Source: a virus. From it: a stretch of DNA of 64,000 bases. The DNA lies in the IMG/VR virus record IMGVR_UViG_3300050343_000261. One strand, given 5' to 3'. The notes under the pieces are model-generated. The model made no database searches. It was not told the DNA's origin and saw only the letters and a program-made list of their open reading frames with translations. A program made the translations under genes and the position numbers. Shown here one piece after another: positions 37,254-47,137 of the stretch. Within the stretch, counting starts at the first letter, position 1. Every line of letters begins with the position of its first letter.

Positions 37254-38152
37254 GGGGTGGTAAAGAAAAAATCGTCAGGCATAGGACCTAAGGGAGAGAC
37301 ATATCCATCAAGGTTCTGACTTTCTGGTAGTTTAGCAGGTGTTGCAGGTTTTGTAGGTTTCGTGCCAGGAGGAAGTGGACTTGGATCTGAAGGATCTGCT
37401 GCTGGTCCCCTAGGAGAAGGAGCAGATACACTACCATCGGTGTTTTTAGTGGCACCAGCATCAGCACCCTGGCGATCAATATAATAAGTCTCGTATGCAA
37501 AAGATACCGTAGTTTTGATCAGTTCTGCTTTCCCATATGCCAAAGGTGCGGCAATGATATTAGTCGGGAATGCTTTTCTAATAAAATATGTAATGTAACT
37601 AGGGTTTGCTAGAGCACGATTGAATGATGTAATTTCAAGATTACATTTATAACTATCAGGATATCTCATCCTTCTACCAGGATTATCCTGCTTCAATTTA
37701 GTCTCTAAATTTCCCTCTGGACCACCAAAATCAGGAGGACTAATAAACTCCATCCAGGCATTGAACACATCATTAGTGAAGTAATCTCTTTGAGAATACC
37801 AAGTCAAATTGATATCAGGATATCTACGATATAAGGCATATGATTGTGATAATCCTTGACGGAGTCCATCAACTTTAGAAGTTTGAAGTTGACTCCCAGG
37901 AAGAAGTGCCTCTGAACAAAATAATGAAAGATAACTTCCGGGAGGTTGATCATTCTCAAATATAGCTGTGCTGGTGATATGCTTTTCTAAATCACGCCCA
38001 CTTTGAGTTGATGAAAAATCTATAGTTACATCATATATGTTATTGAACGCAGGAACAATTCCTCCGGCTCTACTGTTACCAAGGTAAAGGTCTTCAGTTT
38101 TTAGGCGTCTCCCACCATCCTCTTTTGCTATTACTAAGGCTTTTTTTGCCAT
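37250..38152 (-). CDS. gp54-like baseplate tail-tube initiator
   Basis: LFCSEALLPGS, YPDSYK, AFPTNI..PLAYG..KTTVSFAYE; Pro-rich C-terminal tail; divergent from gp4. Confidence 0.72.
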   Translation of the reverse strand: MAKKALVIAKEDGGRRLKTEDLYLGNSRAGGIVPAFNNIYDVTIDFSSTQSGRDLEKHITSTAIFENDQPPGSYLSLFCSEALLPGSQLQTSKVDGLRQGLSQSYALYRRYPDINLTWYSQRDYFTNDVFNAWMEFISPPDFGGPEGNLETKLKQDNPGRRMRYPDSYKCNLEITSFNRALANPSYITYFIRKAFPTNIIAAPLAYGKAELIKTTVSFAYETYYIDRQGADAGATKNTDGSVSAPSPRGPAADPSDPSPLPPGTKPTKPATPAKLPESQNLDGYVSPLGPMPDDFFFTTP

Positions 38153-38156
38153 TCCT

Positions 38157-38163
38157 CTAAATA
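38157..38163 (+). promoter_or_regulatory. Late promoter CTAAATA for the gp4-gp2-gp48-gp53 operon
   Basis: Located in the divergent intergenic region. Confidence 0.6.
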
Positions 38164-38186
38164 TAGAGTGGTCTGTTATACTATGT

Positions 38187-38618
38187 ATGTCCTATCAGGG
38201 TCGGTATAGACCGTCGAATCCGAAGAAGTACAAAGGGGATTCGAGAAACATAATCTATCGTTCTTTATGGGAACGTAAGTTTATGGTCTATTGCGACAAG
38301 AATCAAAATATTATAAATTGGGCATCTGAAGAATTCCATATCCCTTACTATGATCCTACAACCAAACGTGTTCGTAGATACTTTCCTGACTTTTACATCA
38401 GATACAGGAATGTGAACGGCAACATTCTTGAAAAGATCATCGAGATCAAACCTGCTAAGCAGTGCGTTCCTCCAACAACAAAACGGAAGACAAAAAAACA
38501 TCTCTATGAAACCCTTGAATATGCCAAAAACCAGGCAAAATGGAAAGCAGCAGAAGACTTCTGTGCTGACCGCAAATGGGAATTTCAAGTCATGACGGAG
38601 AAAGAACTTGGAATATAG
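38187..38618 (+). CDS. gp4: gp4 head completion protein
   Basis: Y.GRYRPSNPKKYKGD..IIYRSLWERKFM.YCD, RYFPDF, IEIKP. Confidence 0.93.
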   Translation: MSYQGRYRPSNPKKYKGDSRNIIYRSLWERKFMVYCDKNQNIINWASEEFHIPYYDPTTKRVRRYFPDFYIRYRNVNGNILEKIIEIKPAKQCVPPTTKRKTKKHLYETLEYAKNQAKWKAAEDFCADRKWEFQVMTEKELGI

Positions 38619-39033
38619 AGATGAATTTCCAAAATCTACTTTAGAAGGAAAACCAATTCCAGGCAAAATTACACTGTTTCAGTATACAGCGAAAACAGCA
38701 GAGCAAATGCCATTCTATGATCGTAATCCTCTGTGCTACATAATTGCAATAGAAAGACAAACCATATTCTGGGGAGTAAATCTACATTATCACAGTCCAG
38801 AGAATAGATTAGCAATAATGAGATACATTGATTCTGGCAATGATTTAGCAAAATTGCGAGGGTTTCATAAATACCTAAAATCTTATGTCGGCAGTCCTTT
38901 TCTCACAATTGCAACAGAAGAGTGGGAAAAGGCAGTAAACCTTGATTCTGAGCAATTTGTTAGGGACTTTGGTTCCATTGAAATTGATATCGATCCTAAG
39001 ACTGTTTATCGTAAAGGCACCCTCAAAAAATGA
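38608..39033 (+). CDS. gp2: gp2 DNA end protector protein
   Basis: LFQY.AK..MPFYDRNPL, GVNLHY..P..R; follows gp4. Confidence 0.8.
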   Translation: MEYRDEFPKSTLEGKPIPGKITLFQYTAKTAEQMPFYDRNPLCYIIAIERQTIFWGVNLHYHSPENRLAIMRYIDSGNDLAKLRGFHKYLKSYVGSPFLTIATEEWEKAVNLDSEQFVRDFGSIEIDIDPKTVYRKGTLKK

Positions 39034-40535
39034 GCAAAGAATGTATTGGCGGTAAATGTCTTCTGAACCAAGCAGTTACCCTTGGCTCAGGTATCCATAG
39101 ATTATTGGTTGGTACTCAACTAGATGATCAGTTTGGAACAATAAAAGGTCTTATTGATCCTTCAGGGAAAAACCTGAATTTGAATGTATCCAGCAATAAA
39201 AACCTTTTGAAAGAAGAACCAGTTGGTAATGGACTGGTGCGTGCATTAGATATTGCTCGCGATCTAGCAACTAAAGAAAATAAACTTGACGCACTCGTCG
39301 AAGCTTCTAACTTGTCAGGTGCATCTTTTGCATATGACGGGAACTCAGCAAAACGATTATTAGATAACTCAGGACTTTCAGAGTATTCTGCCCTTACACA
39401 AATTCCATCTGTTCTCGCCAGCAACTTTATCCACCCTGATGCAGGAGTCAATGGTGATGTAATACCCCTGCCTGTTATCCCTGCTCCTGAGGATGGGGAC
39501 ACACCTGCAGCATCACTTCCAGAAGGAGACAATAATAAATTACCTCCGGTCTTACAATATCCACATGATGCACTTTATGATAAAGGTGCTCAAGATTACA
39601 TGAAAATTGAGAGATTCAAGTATTCTCCACCAAATGCAAATGCAATAACAGATCTATCAACAATTTTTACTCAGGGTCTAACAAGAAGCAGTCAGGCACA
39701 AAAATACGTAGGTTCTGTTTATCTACCAATTCCAAATGACCTTCAGTCTAGTCAAGGAATGAATTGGGGAGAGGGAACTGCCAATATGTTGGAAGCAGGT
39801 GCTTTCATAGCAGCACAAGAACAAATTTCTAGCACGATGAAGGGCGATCAAAACTTGGTTGGTTTTTTGGGGAAAACTCTCCAAGACATTGCTGGAGTGG
39901 GGGCAAATTTTGCGAAGGCGGCAGGGGAAGATAGTGGAACTAACCAAGCAATTGCTGGTCAAGTTGCCAAACTGCTTCTATCAAAGGTTGGTATCAATGT
40001 TGATCCTGCACAATTCATTGCCAGAAAAAATGGTGAAGTCTTGAATCCAAATATGGAGTTGCTGTTCTCAGGTCCTAAATTGAGGAATTTTGTTTTCAAG
40101 TATGACTTTGCTCCAAATAGCGAAGATGATGCCATGAAAGTAAATAAAATATCTAGATTTTTCAAGCAAGGTATGACACCTTCACGAGTTGGTCCTGGTG
40201 CTGGTGTCTTTATCGCTTCTCCAGATATATTCCGCGTTTCATATTTCAATGGAGATGCTCGCATTAGATCCCTCCCAATCCATAAAATGTGTGCTCTGAC
40301 TAATATTGGATTCAATTATACTGATGGAGGTGTCTATCAGTCATATGCGGATGCAAATTCAATATCTCAACCAGTTAGAACGGTTATGATGCTGAATTTT
40401 ACTGAACTTACTCCAATCTTCGGTGATGACTACGATCTGAGTGAATCAAGAACAAAGGCAACTGACGACTTGATACAACAGACAGGTCCTCTCAACGGTC
40501 CAAACAAAATCAATGAGTACGACATCGGATTCTAA
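39030..40535 (+). CDS. gp48: gp48 baseplate tail-tube cap
   Basis: LQYP, SVYLPIP, NPNMELLFSGPKLR.F.F.YDF.P, FTELTPIF. Confidence 0.88.
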   Translation: MSKECIGGKCLLNQAVTLGSGIHRLLVGTQLDDQFGTIKGLIDPSGKNLNLNVSSNKNLLKEEPVGNGLVRALDIARDLATKENKLDALVEASNLSGASFAYDGNSAKRLLDNSGLSEYSALTQIPSVLASNFIHPDAGVNGDVIPLPVIPAPEDGDTPAASLPEGDNNKLPPVLQYPHDALYDKGAQDYMKIERFKYSPPNANAITDLSTIFTQGLTRSSQAQKYVGSVYLPIPNDLQSSQGMNWGEGTANMLEAGAFIAAQEQISSTMKGDQNLVGFLGKTLQDIAGVGANFAKAAGEDSGTNQAIAGQVAKLLLSKVGINVDPAQFIARKNGEVLNPNMELLFSGPKLRNFVFKYDFAPNSEDDAMKVNKISRFFKQGMTPSRVGPGAGVFIASPDIFRVSYFNGDARIRSLPIHKMCALTNIGFNYTDGGVYQSYADANSISQPVRTVMMLNFTELTPIFGDDYDLSESRTKATDDLIQQTGPLNGPNKINEYDIGF

Positions 40536-41191
40536 TGGCTTACTTCGACAACTTCCCCAAAGTATCTTTACTTTCTTTTTCTGATAATCGGTCTTCTAGT
40601 TCTGATTACGTTGAAAGTACCAACATCTTCAAAAGAGGTAAAATTAGAGACGACTTTTTTCAAGTAGCTGCTACTTTTGATAAGTTTTCAATCCGTGGAG
40701 ATGACCGACCAGATAATGTTGCACAAATCTTATATGGGGACTCTGATCTAGATTGGATTATTTTACTATCCAATAACATTTTGAACGTTCGTGATGAATG
40801 GCCTATGAATGGGATGGATTTCCAACGCTACATTGATAATAACTACAGTCCTGAGCAACTTGCAGAAGTTCATCATTATGAAACTGTTGAACGACGTGAT
40901 CCTGAAGGAAAACTTCTACAGCAAGGTGGTCTTGTAGTTGACGGTAATGATACATTTACATATTCATATAGGGGAATCAACTATACCGAGACAGGAACAA
41001 CATCGGTAAGTTACCTAGAGTATGAAACTCAGAAGAATGATGCAAAAAGGAATATCTTTACTCTCAAATCCATGTATATTGATACTATTCTGGAAGATAT
41101 GAGAGATATCCTCACCTATGAAGATTCTAGTCAATATATCAACCGTAAAATGAAGAAAGGAGATAATCTTCGACTTTTAGCACTTCGCTAA
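40535..41191 (+). CDS. gp53: gp53 baseplate wedge subunit
   Basis: YF.NFP, RPDNVA..LYGD..LDWIILLSN, EWP, HHYET, YE...N..KR.I. Confidence 0.9.
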   Translation: MAYFDNFPKVSLLSFSDNRSSSSDYVESTNIFKRGKIRDDFFQVAATFDKFSIRGDDRPDNVAQILYGDSDLDWIILLSNNILNVRDEWPMNGMDFQRYIDNNYSPEQLAEVHHYETVERRDPEGKLLQQGGLVVDGNDTFTYSYRGINYTETGTTSVSYLEYETQKNDAKRNIFTLKSMYIDTILEDMRDILTYEDSSQYINRKMKKGDNLRLLALR

Positions 41192-41725
41192 ATGTGGGTT
41201 GTTGGGACTGTGAGGAACATCCCAAACCAATGAATACCTATCAACATTCCCCACGTTCAGTGCTTCGTGGGGTAATTTATTATGAAACCAGAAAAACGTT
41301 CCTGGTTGCACAATCATAGATTCATCACCAACTCGGTACAAATAAGTACCCTGCAGAGATAGGTGATATCGGTCCTTTTTCTTATAATACTCTCCACGGT
41401 CAATATGCTCCAAAACACGTTTTCCTGGTTGTAATCGGAAAAATGCTGCTCTGCCTGTTTTAGTGATATTGTGCTTTTTCCAAAATTCTTGCACTTTTGG
41501 ATATAGATCATAAAGTGCAGTTTTTTCTTGTCCCATCGCATCATGGGGATCTTCACCTTTTTGAACTTTTGCCCAAACTAAAGGTAAGAACCCATATGGA
41601 TTTTTGTCTCCTCCTAAGTTATTTCTAGTTTGCTGTGAGACCCAATCCCAATGATCTGGGTTCAATTCTTCCAAAAACGGAGTTACATCAATATTTTGTT
41701 CTATGATGGTAATATTTTTGTACAT
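41177..41725 (-). CDS. Aspartyl/asparaginyl beta-hydroxylase-like 2OG-Fe(II) oxygenase
   Basis: FFRLQPG..EHID.G.YY..RYHLSLQG, HEA.N, R. Confidence 0.85.
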   Translation of the reverse strand: MYKNITIIEQNIDVTPFLEELNPDHWDWVSQQTRNNLGGDKNPYGFLPLVWAKVQKGEDPHDAMGQEKTALYDLYPKVQEFWKKHNITKTGRAAFFRLQPGKRVLEHIDRGEYYKKKDRYHLSLQGTYLYRVGDESMIVQPGTFFWFHNKLPHEALNVGNVDRYSLVWDVPHSPNNPHLAKC

Positions 41726-41739
41726 AAAATCTATAGGGG

Positions 41740-41766
41740 CAATTTTTACCCCGAGGTTTTTTTCCC
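41740..41766. repeat. Dispersed T-tract/CCCGAG/T-tract motif, copy 1
   Basis: caatttttaccccgaggtttttttccc; similar copies at 50370 and 57269. Confidence 0.6.
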
Positions 41767-41767
41767 G

Positions 41768-42334
41768 TTATGGGTGAATAAGAACGTGAAATGCCACTGA
41801 CACCCTGTCATGCTTTGATCGGTTCTGATCTACGTAATGAACCAGATTACTATTGAAAAACACTCCCGTGTTTGCTTTGGGTTCAATAATCATTGCATTA
41901 CGGTCAATCTTAGATACACATGAGGTATTCAAGTATTGATTATGAAATGGACTCATGATGACAAGGTTACCACTATTACGTGGTGCTTTCAACCAATACA
42001 CCCCACTGAGTTGACCGTAAGTATGATGGTGCATACAGTTTGATGCACCAGGTCCATTGATGTTTGCAAAGGCATGGACAACCTCCACATGACGAGGTGG
42101 TTTTACATCATGATGAGCAATGTACTCTCGTGATTTGCTAGCAATCAGATTCATCAATGGAGTAAATCTTCCATCGGTCTGCATACCGGTGCGTTGCCAT
42201 CCTTCTATGTTTGAATTACCTTCTGACTCAGGGAATTCTTCTTTCCATTCATAAATTTTCCTAAAAGAAAAGTCCAGGATGGGGAGTTCCCCATCCCAGA
42301 CTCCAATCAGCTCGTTGAAGCTGTAAAACTTCAT
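41768..42334 (-). CDS. 2OG-Fe(II) oxygenase (TIGR02466-like)
   Basis: ANIN.PG.SN..HHH..LSGVYW, GNL, FFNS.LVHYV..N.S..DRVSVAF. Confidence 0.85.
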   Translation of the reverse strand: MKFYSFNELIGVWDGELPILDFSFRKIYEWKEEFPESEGNSNIEGWQRTGMQTDGRFTPLMNLIASKSREYIAHHDVKPPRHVEVVHAFANINGPGASNCMHHHTYGQLSGVYWLKAPRNSGNLVIMSPFHNQYLNTSCVSKIDRNAMIIEPKANTGVFFNSNLVHYVDQNRSKHDRVSVAFHVLIHP

Positions 42335-42337
42335 CCC

Positions 42338-43276
42338 TCAGCTCTCGGCAAGTCTCTGAAAGTAGGACAGGGCATCGTCATCTGAGTCATCAGCATTTGT
42401 TGATCCGGTCGCGACAACAGGCTCAACAACGGCAGGACTTTTTTTGACGATACGGTCTTCCTCATCCATTTGCTGCCGTGATTTTGTGACCGCTGCTTCC
42501 TCCTCATCGAAGGTTTCTGGGTCAACCGCTTTCCGAGAGTTGTTCAACACGGAATTCAAACGCTTCTCTAGATCCCCATATGCCTTGAATTGATCAGGGC
42601 GAGTAAATTCTTCCAGAGAATGTTGCTTCTTCCACAATGCCTCAAGGGCATCGTCGTCGTCCAACACTGGAGATGCGGCAGCAAATTCGCTGCTGTCATA
42701 GTTGCGGTAACCCGCAACGTTCTTAGCTTTCAGTTTGAAATTGGCACCTTGCCAAAAATCGAATGGATCGATTGCTTCTTCGTCTTCAAACTCAGGCTGC
42801 ATGGCAGCAGAAACTTTGTCAAAGATCTTCTTACCGAACTTGTAAAGGAAAACTTGTCCTTCGTTATGGGGGTTAGTTGGATCTTTGACGACATAGATGT
42901 TCGCAATGTAAGAAAGCTTTCGCTTCTGCTTACGTGCCAGATCCTTGTCACTATCAGTACCACTGTTCCAAAGGAGACGGTTGTACTCAGAGACAGGATC
43001 TTTCTGTCCTAGGGTGGTCAGGCTATTTTCGATATACCAACCTCCGGGTCCTTGGAAGGCGTGAGACCACACCTTCGCCCAAGGGAGCTCTTCTCCATCG
43101 GGAGCGGGCAAGAATCGGATGACGGCATAACCATTGCCTGCCTTATCGACTTCGAGTTTCCACAGACGTTCGTCTGTGTTACCAGATCCGCTGGTATTCA
43201 TCTTCTCAATCTCTTTGGTCAACTTTGAAGTCAGAGAACCAAGTCGAGATTGCTTTTTGAGGTCTGCAAAAGACAT
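42338..43276 (-). CDS. gp32: gp32 single-stranded DNA-binding protein
   Basis: MSFADLKKQS, DKAGNGYAVIRFLP, HAFQGPGGWYIENSLTT, acidic tail. Confidence 0.97.
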   Translation of the reverse strand: MSFADLKKQSRLGSLTSKLTKEIEKMNTSGSGNTDERLWKLEVDKAGNGYAVIRFLPAPDGEELPWAKVWSHAFQGPGGWYIENSLTTLGQKDPVSEYNRLLWNSGTDSDKDLARKQKRKLSYIANIYVVKDPTNPHNEGQVFLYKFGKKIFDKVSAAMQPEFEDEEAIDPFDFWQGANFKLKAKNVAGYRNYDSSEFAAASPVLDDDDALEALWKKQHSLEEFTRPDQFKAYGDLEKRLNSVLNNSRKAVDPETFDEEEAAVTKSRQQMDEEDRIVKKSPAVVEPVVATGSTNADDSDDDALSYFQRLAES

Positions 43277-43320
43277 ATTGGATTGGATTCGGTGGATTGT
43301 AAGATTGTCACCGCTTACAT

Positions 43321-43349
43321 AATATAGCGGTTTATTTATCCACTGTCAA
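43321..43349 (-). promoter_or_regulatory. Composite gp32 promoter: TTGACA-N17-TATATT with late GATAAATA inside the spacer
   Basis: -35 43344-43349, -10 43321-43326, late motif 43333-43340. Confidence 0.75.
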
Positions 43350-43360
43350 GGAATCCAATA

Positions 43361-43591
43361 CTACATGTCCAACATGTCAAAGTTGTATTGCATAATAATG
43401 CCTGCCAGACGGGTTTTTAGAACGTGAAGATACTCTTGCTCTTCCGCAGGTCTGGCAGGAGAACCTGGCCACATCTTGATTGAATAATTTACATGATCAT
43501 ATAACATTCTACACTCTACTATACCCAAATTCATGCTTGCATACCAATCACCATCAAAAACTGAGTATTGATTTGCATCTTCGTCAATCAT
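43361..43591 (-). CDS. Conserved cyanophage-type hypothetical protein (WPGSPARP motif)
   Basis: ATGA overlap supports the start MIDED at 43591. Confidence 0.7.
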   Translation of the reverse strand: MIDEDANQYSVFDGDWYASMNLGIVECRMLYDHVNYSIKMWPGSPARPAEEQEYLHVLKTRLAGIIMQYNFDMLDM

Positions 43592-43860
43592 TGATTTGAG
43601 GTAAAATGCTTTGCTCGGTACCAATAGTACCATTTTTGCACTCTTTTCTTTGCTTTCATATGCGTTGGGTCACGTGCCCACTCTCGCACATCATCCTCAG
43701 TTTTCCACTGACTGATGGTAATTTCAATGTCATCAACCATTTCACTTTGCATGTCAATAAACCCTGGAATCTTTCGTGCACTATCCATTAGAGTTTCATT
43801 ATATGCTTCGTACTCTTCAGTAAATTCCTTTACTTTCCCAACGAATAAAACAGAAATCAT
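43588..43860 (-). CDS. Antibiotic-biosynthesis-monooxygenase (ABM)-domain protein
   Basis: A..IPGF......ITISQW..ED...W..DP.H..AK..G/Q..WY pattern. Confidence 0.75.
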   Translation of the reverse strand: MISVLFVGKVKEFTEEYEAYNETLMDSARKIPGFIDMQSEMVDDIEITISQWKTEDDVREWARDPTHMKAKKRVQKWYYWYRAKHFTSNQ

Positions 43861-43876
43861 ATCAATCAATAAAAAA

Positions 43877-44900
43877 CTATTTATTGATGTGCTCAAAAAT
43901 AATATCTGCCCAGTATTCATGACCCTCTGGACTTAGATGCGTACCATATGATGCCATAGGGATACCCTCTTTATTCCTAACCTCAAAATATTCTCCTGGA
44001 GAGCAGAAACCAGGAAAGTTTGTCAAATACTTATACTTATCTGGATTTGTCACAAGTGATTCAAACTCAAATCTATCATCTAAAATAAGATCTGGAGGGA
44101 GACTACGTCCATAATTAGTGTCCTCAAAATTATCACGGACCATAAAAATTTTATATGGAATATTATGGGACTGGAAAATTCCAGACATTGCCCATAGTGC
44201 TTGCCACGTTCCCACATTATGATATTCATCTTACATTTAGATATATTCCTATAAAAATCCTTTATCAGTTTTCCCTCTCTTTTTATTTCATCATTTAGTG
44301 TATACTTATTTTCCGACAGATCTCCCAGGGTAGCAGTTGTTCTTAGTCTCTCATAAGTGTAAGCGGCATTTAGATATCCACCCCCCTCAAAATAATGATC
44401 TGATAGTTCTCCACTGGATGAATACATTGAATTCATCACATCAATAGGATAACGGAGGTCATATAAATGTTTACCCCTAGAGGGCACAAAACCTCTATCA
44501 GAGAATGTAAGTTGAACTACCACATATTCTACTTCTTCTCTTTTTTTACGATTTGAAAAATATCTTCCCATGTCAGTTGACATTGAATGATTAGAGTTGC
44601 CAGGTCTTGATACACAAACCTCTTCAAGTCCCATCTTCTCAGCAAGAAGTGCTCCCCATCTATGAGATCTTCGATATTCATTACACTCTATATCATGAAA
44701 GGAATCTAAAAAACTTTATCACACACATCATTCTCTCCCTCAATAATATAACTTTCAGGTGTACCGGCGTGCCTCCTTACCGATGAATCTCTATGAATAG
44801 GGACAATCATAGACTCTAGATCAAACTTTCTAAATGAATAGATTTGAGCTAATTCTAACCCAAAGGTAAGGGAACACCCCACACTTAGAAGTTTTCCCAT
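43877..44900 (-). pseudogene. SGNH/GDSL-hydrolase-like gene split by two -1 frameshifts
   Basis: Block I LLSVGCSLTFG (44706..44900), WGALLAEKMG..SRPGNSN (middle frame) and THLSPEGH..WA (43877..44215) lie in three successive frames; shifts at ~44708 (T6 run) and ~44232. Confidence 0.7.
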
Positions 44901-45229
44901 TATCTTTTGAGTTGTGTTTGCATTAGATTCAGTGTGTTCTTCATGTTGCCGAAAATAGTATTCATATCCGCAACACCAAACCCAATTTGTTTGGCAGACT
45001 CTTGAATCTTTTTCTTCATGTCAATTGCTTCAGGGTCCTCTGAGTAGGAGACTCTAGTCCACATAATCTGCTGTTTCTCCAGCAGTTCCTTCAAAGTTTC
45101 AATGTGCTCCCATTTAGCATCATCAGACATAGAAGGGAACTGCATGATGACATTGTATAAATCCTTCTGAATCTCATAGATGTCCTCCATCTCACGGCGG
45201 ACATTATCGTTCTCAAAAAAATTACTCAT
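44900..45229 (-). CDS. DUF1825-like conserved cyanophage protein
   Basis: FF....VR.E..DI.E.Q..LLEKQQIMWTR...SEDPEA. Confidence 0.8.
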   Translation of the reverse strand: MSNFFENDNVRREMEDIYEIQKDLYNVIMQFPSMSDDAKWEHIETLKELLEKQQIMWTRVSYSEDPEAIDMKKKIQESAKQIGFGVADMNTIFGNMKNTLNLMQTQLKR

Positions 45230-45825
45230 TAGAATTGATCGTTTACTTCGGTGATTACTTGTTTACGATACTTATCATTGTCAATATTTAGAAATGGCAA
45301 ATATTTCTTGATCTTCATCCCAATTTGATGCCACACAGGGTCATCTAGTTTCTTGTCATAGTCTTTGCAGTACCCAAACAGTTTCTCATAGATCACTACC
45401 TCCTCAATACTAAGGTTACCTCCCAAGTATTCTTTGAGTAGTGGAGGATGTCCATCTTTAGGTTCCAGAAATGTCTGCAACCCATACTGCTCCAACATGG
45501 TCTTGTTTGTGCTCTTGAAGTTATAGAACAAACTCTGCTGACGACGCTGCCATGCAACGTAAATGCTCTCACCCCCACGAATAATGTTTCCAATCCACAG
45601 ACCTTGTGGGTTATCAGTGCTTACAAAATTAGCAAGGAAAAAGTTCCTGATATCCTCGTCCTTGTACTTCCTTGAGGTCTTCTCAAAAAAGTACCTATCT
45701 TTCCTCTTGTAAAATGATTCAAGACTTGCTCTAGACTTACCACCATACACAAAGTAATCATACTTCTCCTTAGAGAAATGATTCTTGTACGCAAGATACT
45801 CTTTGTAAGTATCAAACGGTGTCAT
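45229..45825 (-). CDS. gp59: gp59 loader of gp41 helicase
   Basis: MTPFDTYK.YLA.KNHF..YDYF.YGGKSRAS..SFYKRKDRYFFEK. Confidence 0.9.
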   Translation of the reverse strand: MTPFDTYKEYLAYKNHFSKEKYDYFVYGGKSRASLESFYKRKDRYFFEKTSRKYKDEDIRNFFLANFVSTDNPQGLWIGNIIRGGESIYVAWQRRQQSLFYNFKSTNKTMLEQYGLQTFLEPKDGHPPLLKEYLGGNLSIEEVVIYEKLFGYCKDYDKKLDDPVWHQIGMKIKKYLPFLNIDNDKYRKQVITEVNDQF

Positions 45826-46888
45826 AGGTTGCTTCATCATGCATTGCGACATTTTTTTTCAATTTCGCATCCAGTTGTGCAGTTGCAGTGAACCACACAG
45901 GGTTGCGGGGACACATAGAACAGATCTCATGAGGTTTTTTTACCTCATCAAATGATGCTCGTATGTCATCTGGGGAAGCAGAGATGTCAGTTGGTTTGTA
46001 CGCCAGGTACTTCTGCCATTCAGGATCATTGAGTTGATCTGTAGCATCCAACGATTCTCTGAGGTAGGAGATCATGGGACACTTCCACAGGTGTCCATTA
46101 TACAACTGACTATTGGGACACGTGCAGTGTGTAAAGCTTTCTTCAGGATTCCCTTCCTCAAAGGGGTAATATTTGATCTGGTCTTCCTTGATCTCATACC
46201 GCACAATATCAAACCACTGCCGAGGTTTACCATCAAGCAGACGGAATGCCTCACTAAATTCAAGAAGGTTATCCGTGTCCACATCGCGGGACTGGAGATA
46301 CCTAATAAACTTGGCAGCATTTTCCCAGTTGGCGGATCCCAACTCAGTAAACCAGGGTTTATGAAATGTCAGTCTGAAGTTGACACCTTTCAACATTTCA
46401 TCAGCAATCCACTCCTGCTCTTGTATGAGGCGTGAACCGTTGCTAAACAGTTTTATGTTACAGGTCTGCCCCGTTGCTTCTGCGACCTCTCTAGTGACCT
46501 TCACGACCTCTCTGGTGCGTGGTTCTAGTAAAGGTTCGCCACCGATGATGCTAATATGACTCCACACATATACTTTGGGCAAGAATTCTTTGATGTCTTC
46601 CATCAAAGCATCAATGTCTACACCACTCTTGACACCAAGAAGACTGCTGTTGTGATTACATGCACGACAGGCAAGATTGCACCCATTGATAACATGTATA
46701 CTCAGTAATCTTGTGGTAGGTCTCTCTGCCTCAAGAGATGCAATCTCTTCAGGTGTAACCTGTTTGAAGTTAGTTGTCCAGAATCCTTTTTGAGATCTAA
46801 CAAAGTCCACACTTTCAGATACTCTATGAAGTTTATCTACAGGTAGATTACTTTTGATCTGAGATAGTTTGAACTCTCTTTTATCCAT
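45812..46888 (-). CDS. Radical SAM protein (paralog A)
   Basis: CNLACRAC, IIGGEPLL, FSNG; auxiliary C..C.QLY.G.LWKCP...C..C. Confidence 0.92.
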   Translation of the reverse strand: MDKREFKLSQIKSNLPVDKLHRVSESVDFVRSQKGFWTTNFKQVTPEEIASLEAERPTTRLLSIHVINGCNLACRACNHNSSLLGVKSGVDIDALMEDIKEFLPKVYVWSHISIIGGEPLLEPRTREVVKVTREVAEATGQTCNIKLFSNGSRLIQEQEWIADEMLKGVNFRLTFHKPWFTELGSANWENAAKFIRYLQSRDVDTDNLLEFSEAFRLLDGKPRQWFDIVRYEIKEDQIKYYPFEEGNPEESFTHCTCPNSQLYNGHLWKCPMISYLRESLDATDQLNDPEWQKYLAYKPTDISASPDDIRASFDEVKKPHEICSMCPRNPVWFTATAQLDAKLKKNVAMHDEATYDTV

Positions 46889-47136
46889 TAGATACTAAAA
46901 AACTTTGCTCTGGATGTCCTCTTCAAATAATTTAGGGTCATAGCATTGCCCTTGAGTTTTTCTTTCAAGGGTTTTGTGATGAGATTAGAAACAGATTCAA
47001 TCTCAATGTTGTTTGACTCGCAGTAAAAACAAATTGCCTCAATGTAATTCATTTCAGCATTGTCTTTGACTAAGTTTTCAATGTCATTAGTAAACTTGTC
47101 TTGACACAAGAATTTACTCTTCAAAATGGATTTCAT
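46888..47136 (-). CDS. gp33: gp33 late-promoter transcription accessory protein
   Basis: KF..DIE.LV..MNYIEAI..YCE.N.IEIESV..LI.KPLKEKLK..A..LNYLK. Confidence 0.88.
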   Translation of the reverse strand: MKSILKSKFLCQDKFTNDIENLVKDNAEMNYIEAICFYCESNNIEIESVSNLITKPLKEKLKGNAMTLNYLKRTSRAKFFSI

Positions 47137-47137
47137 T

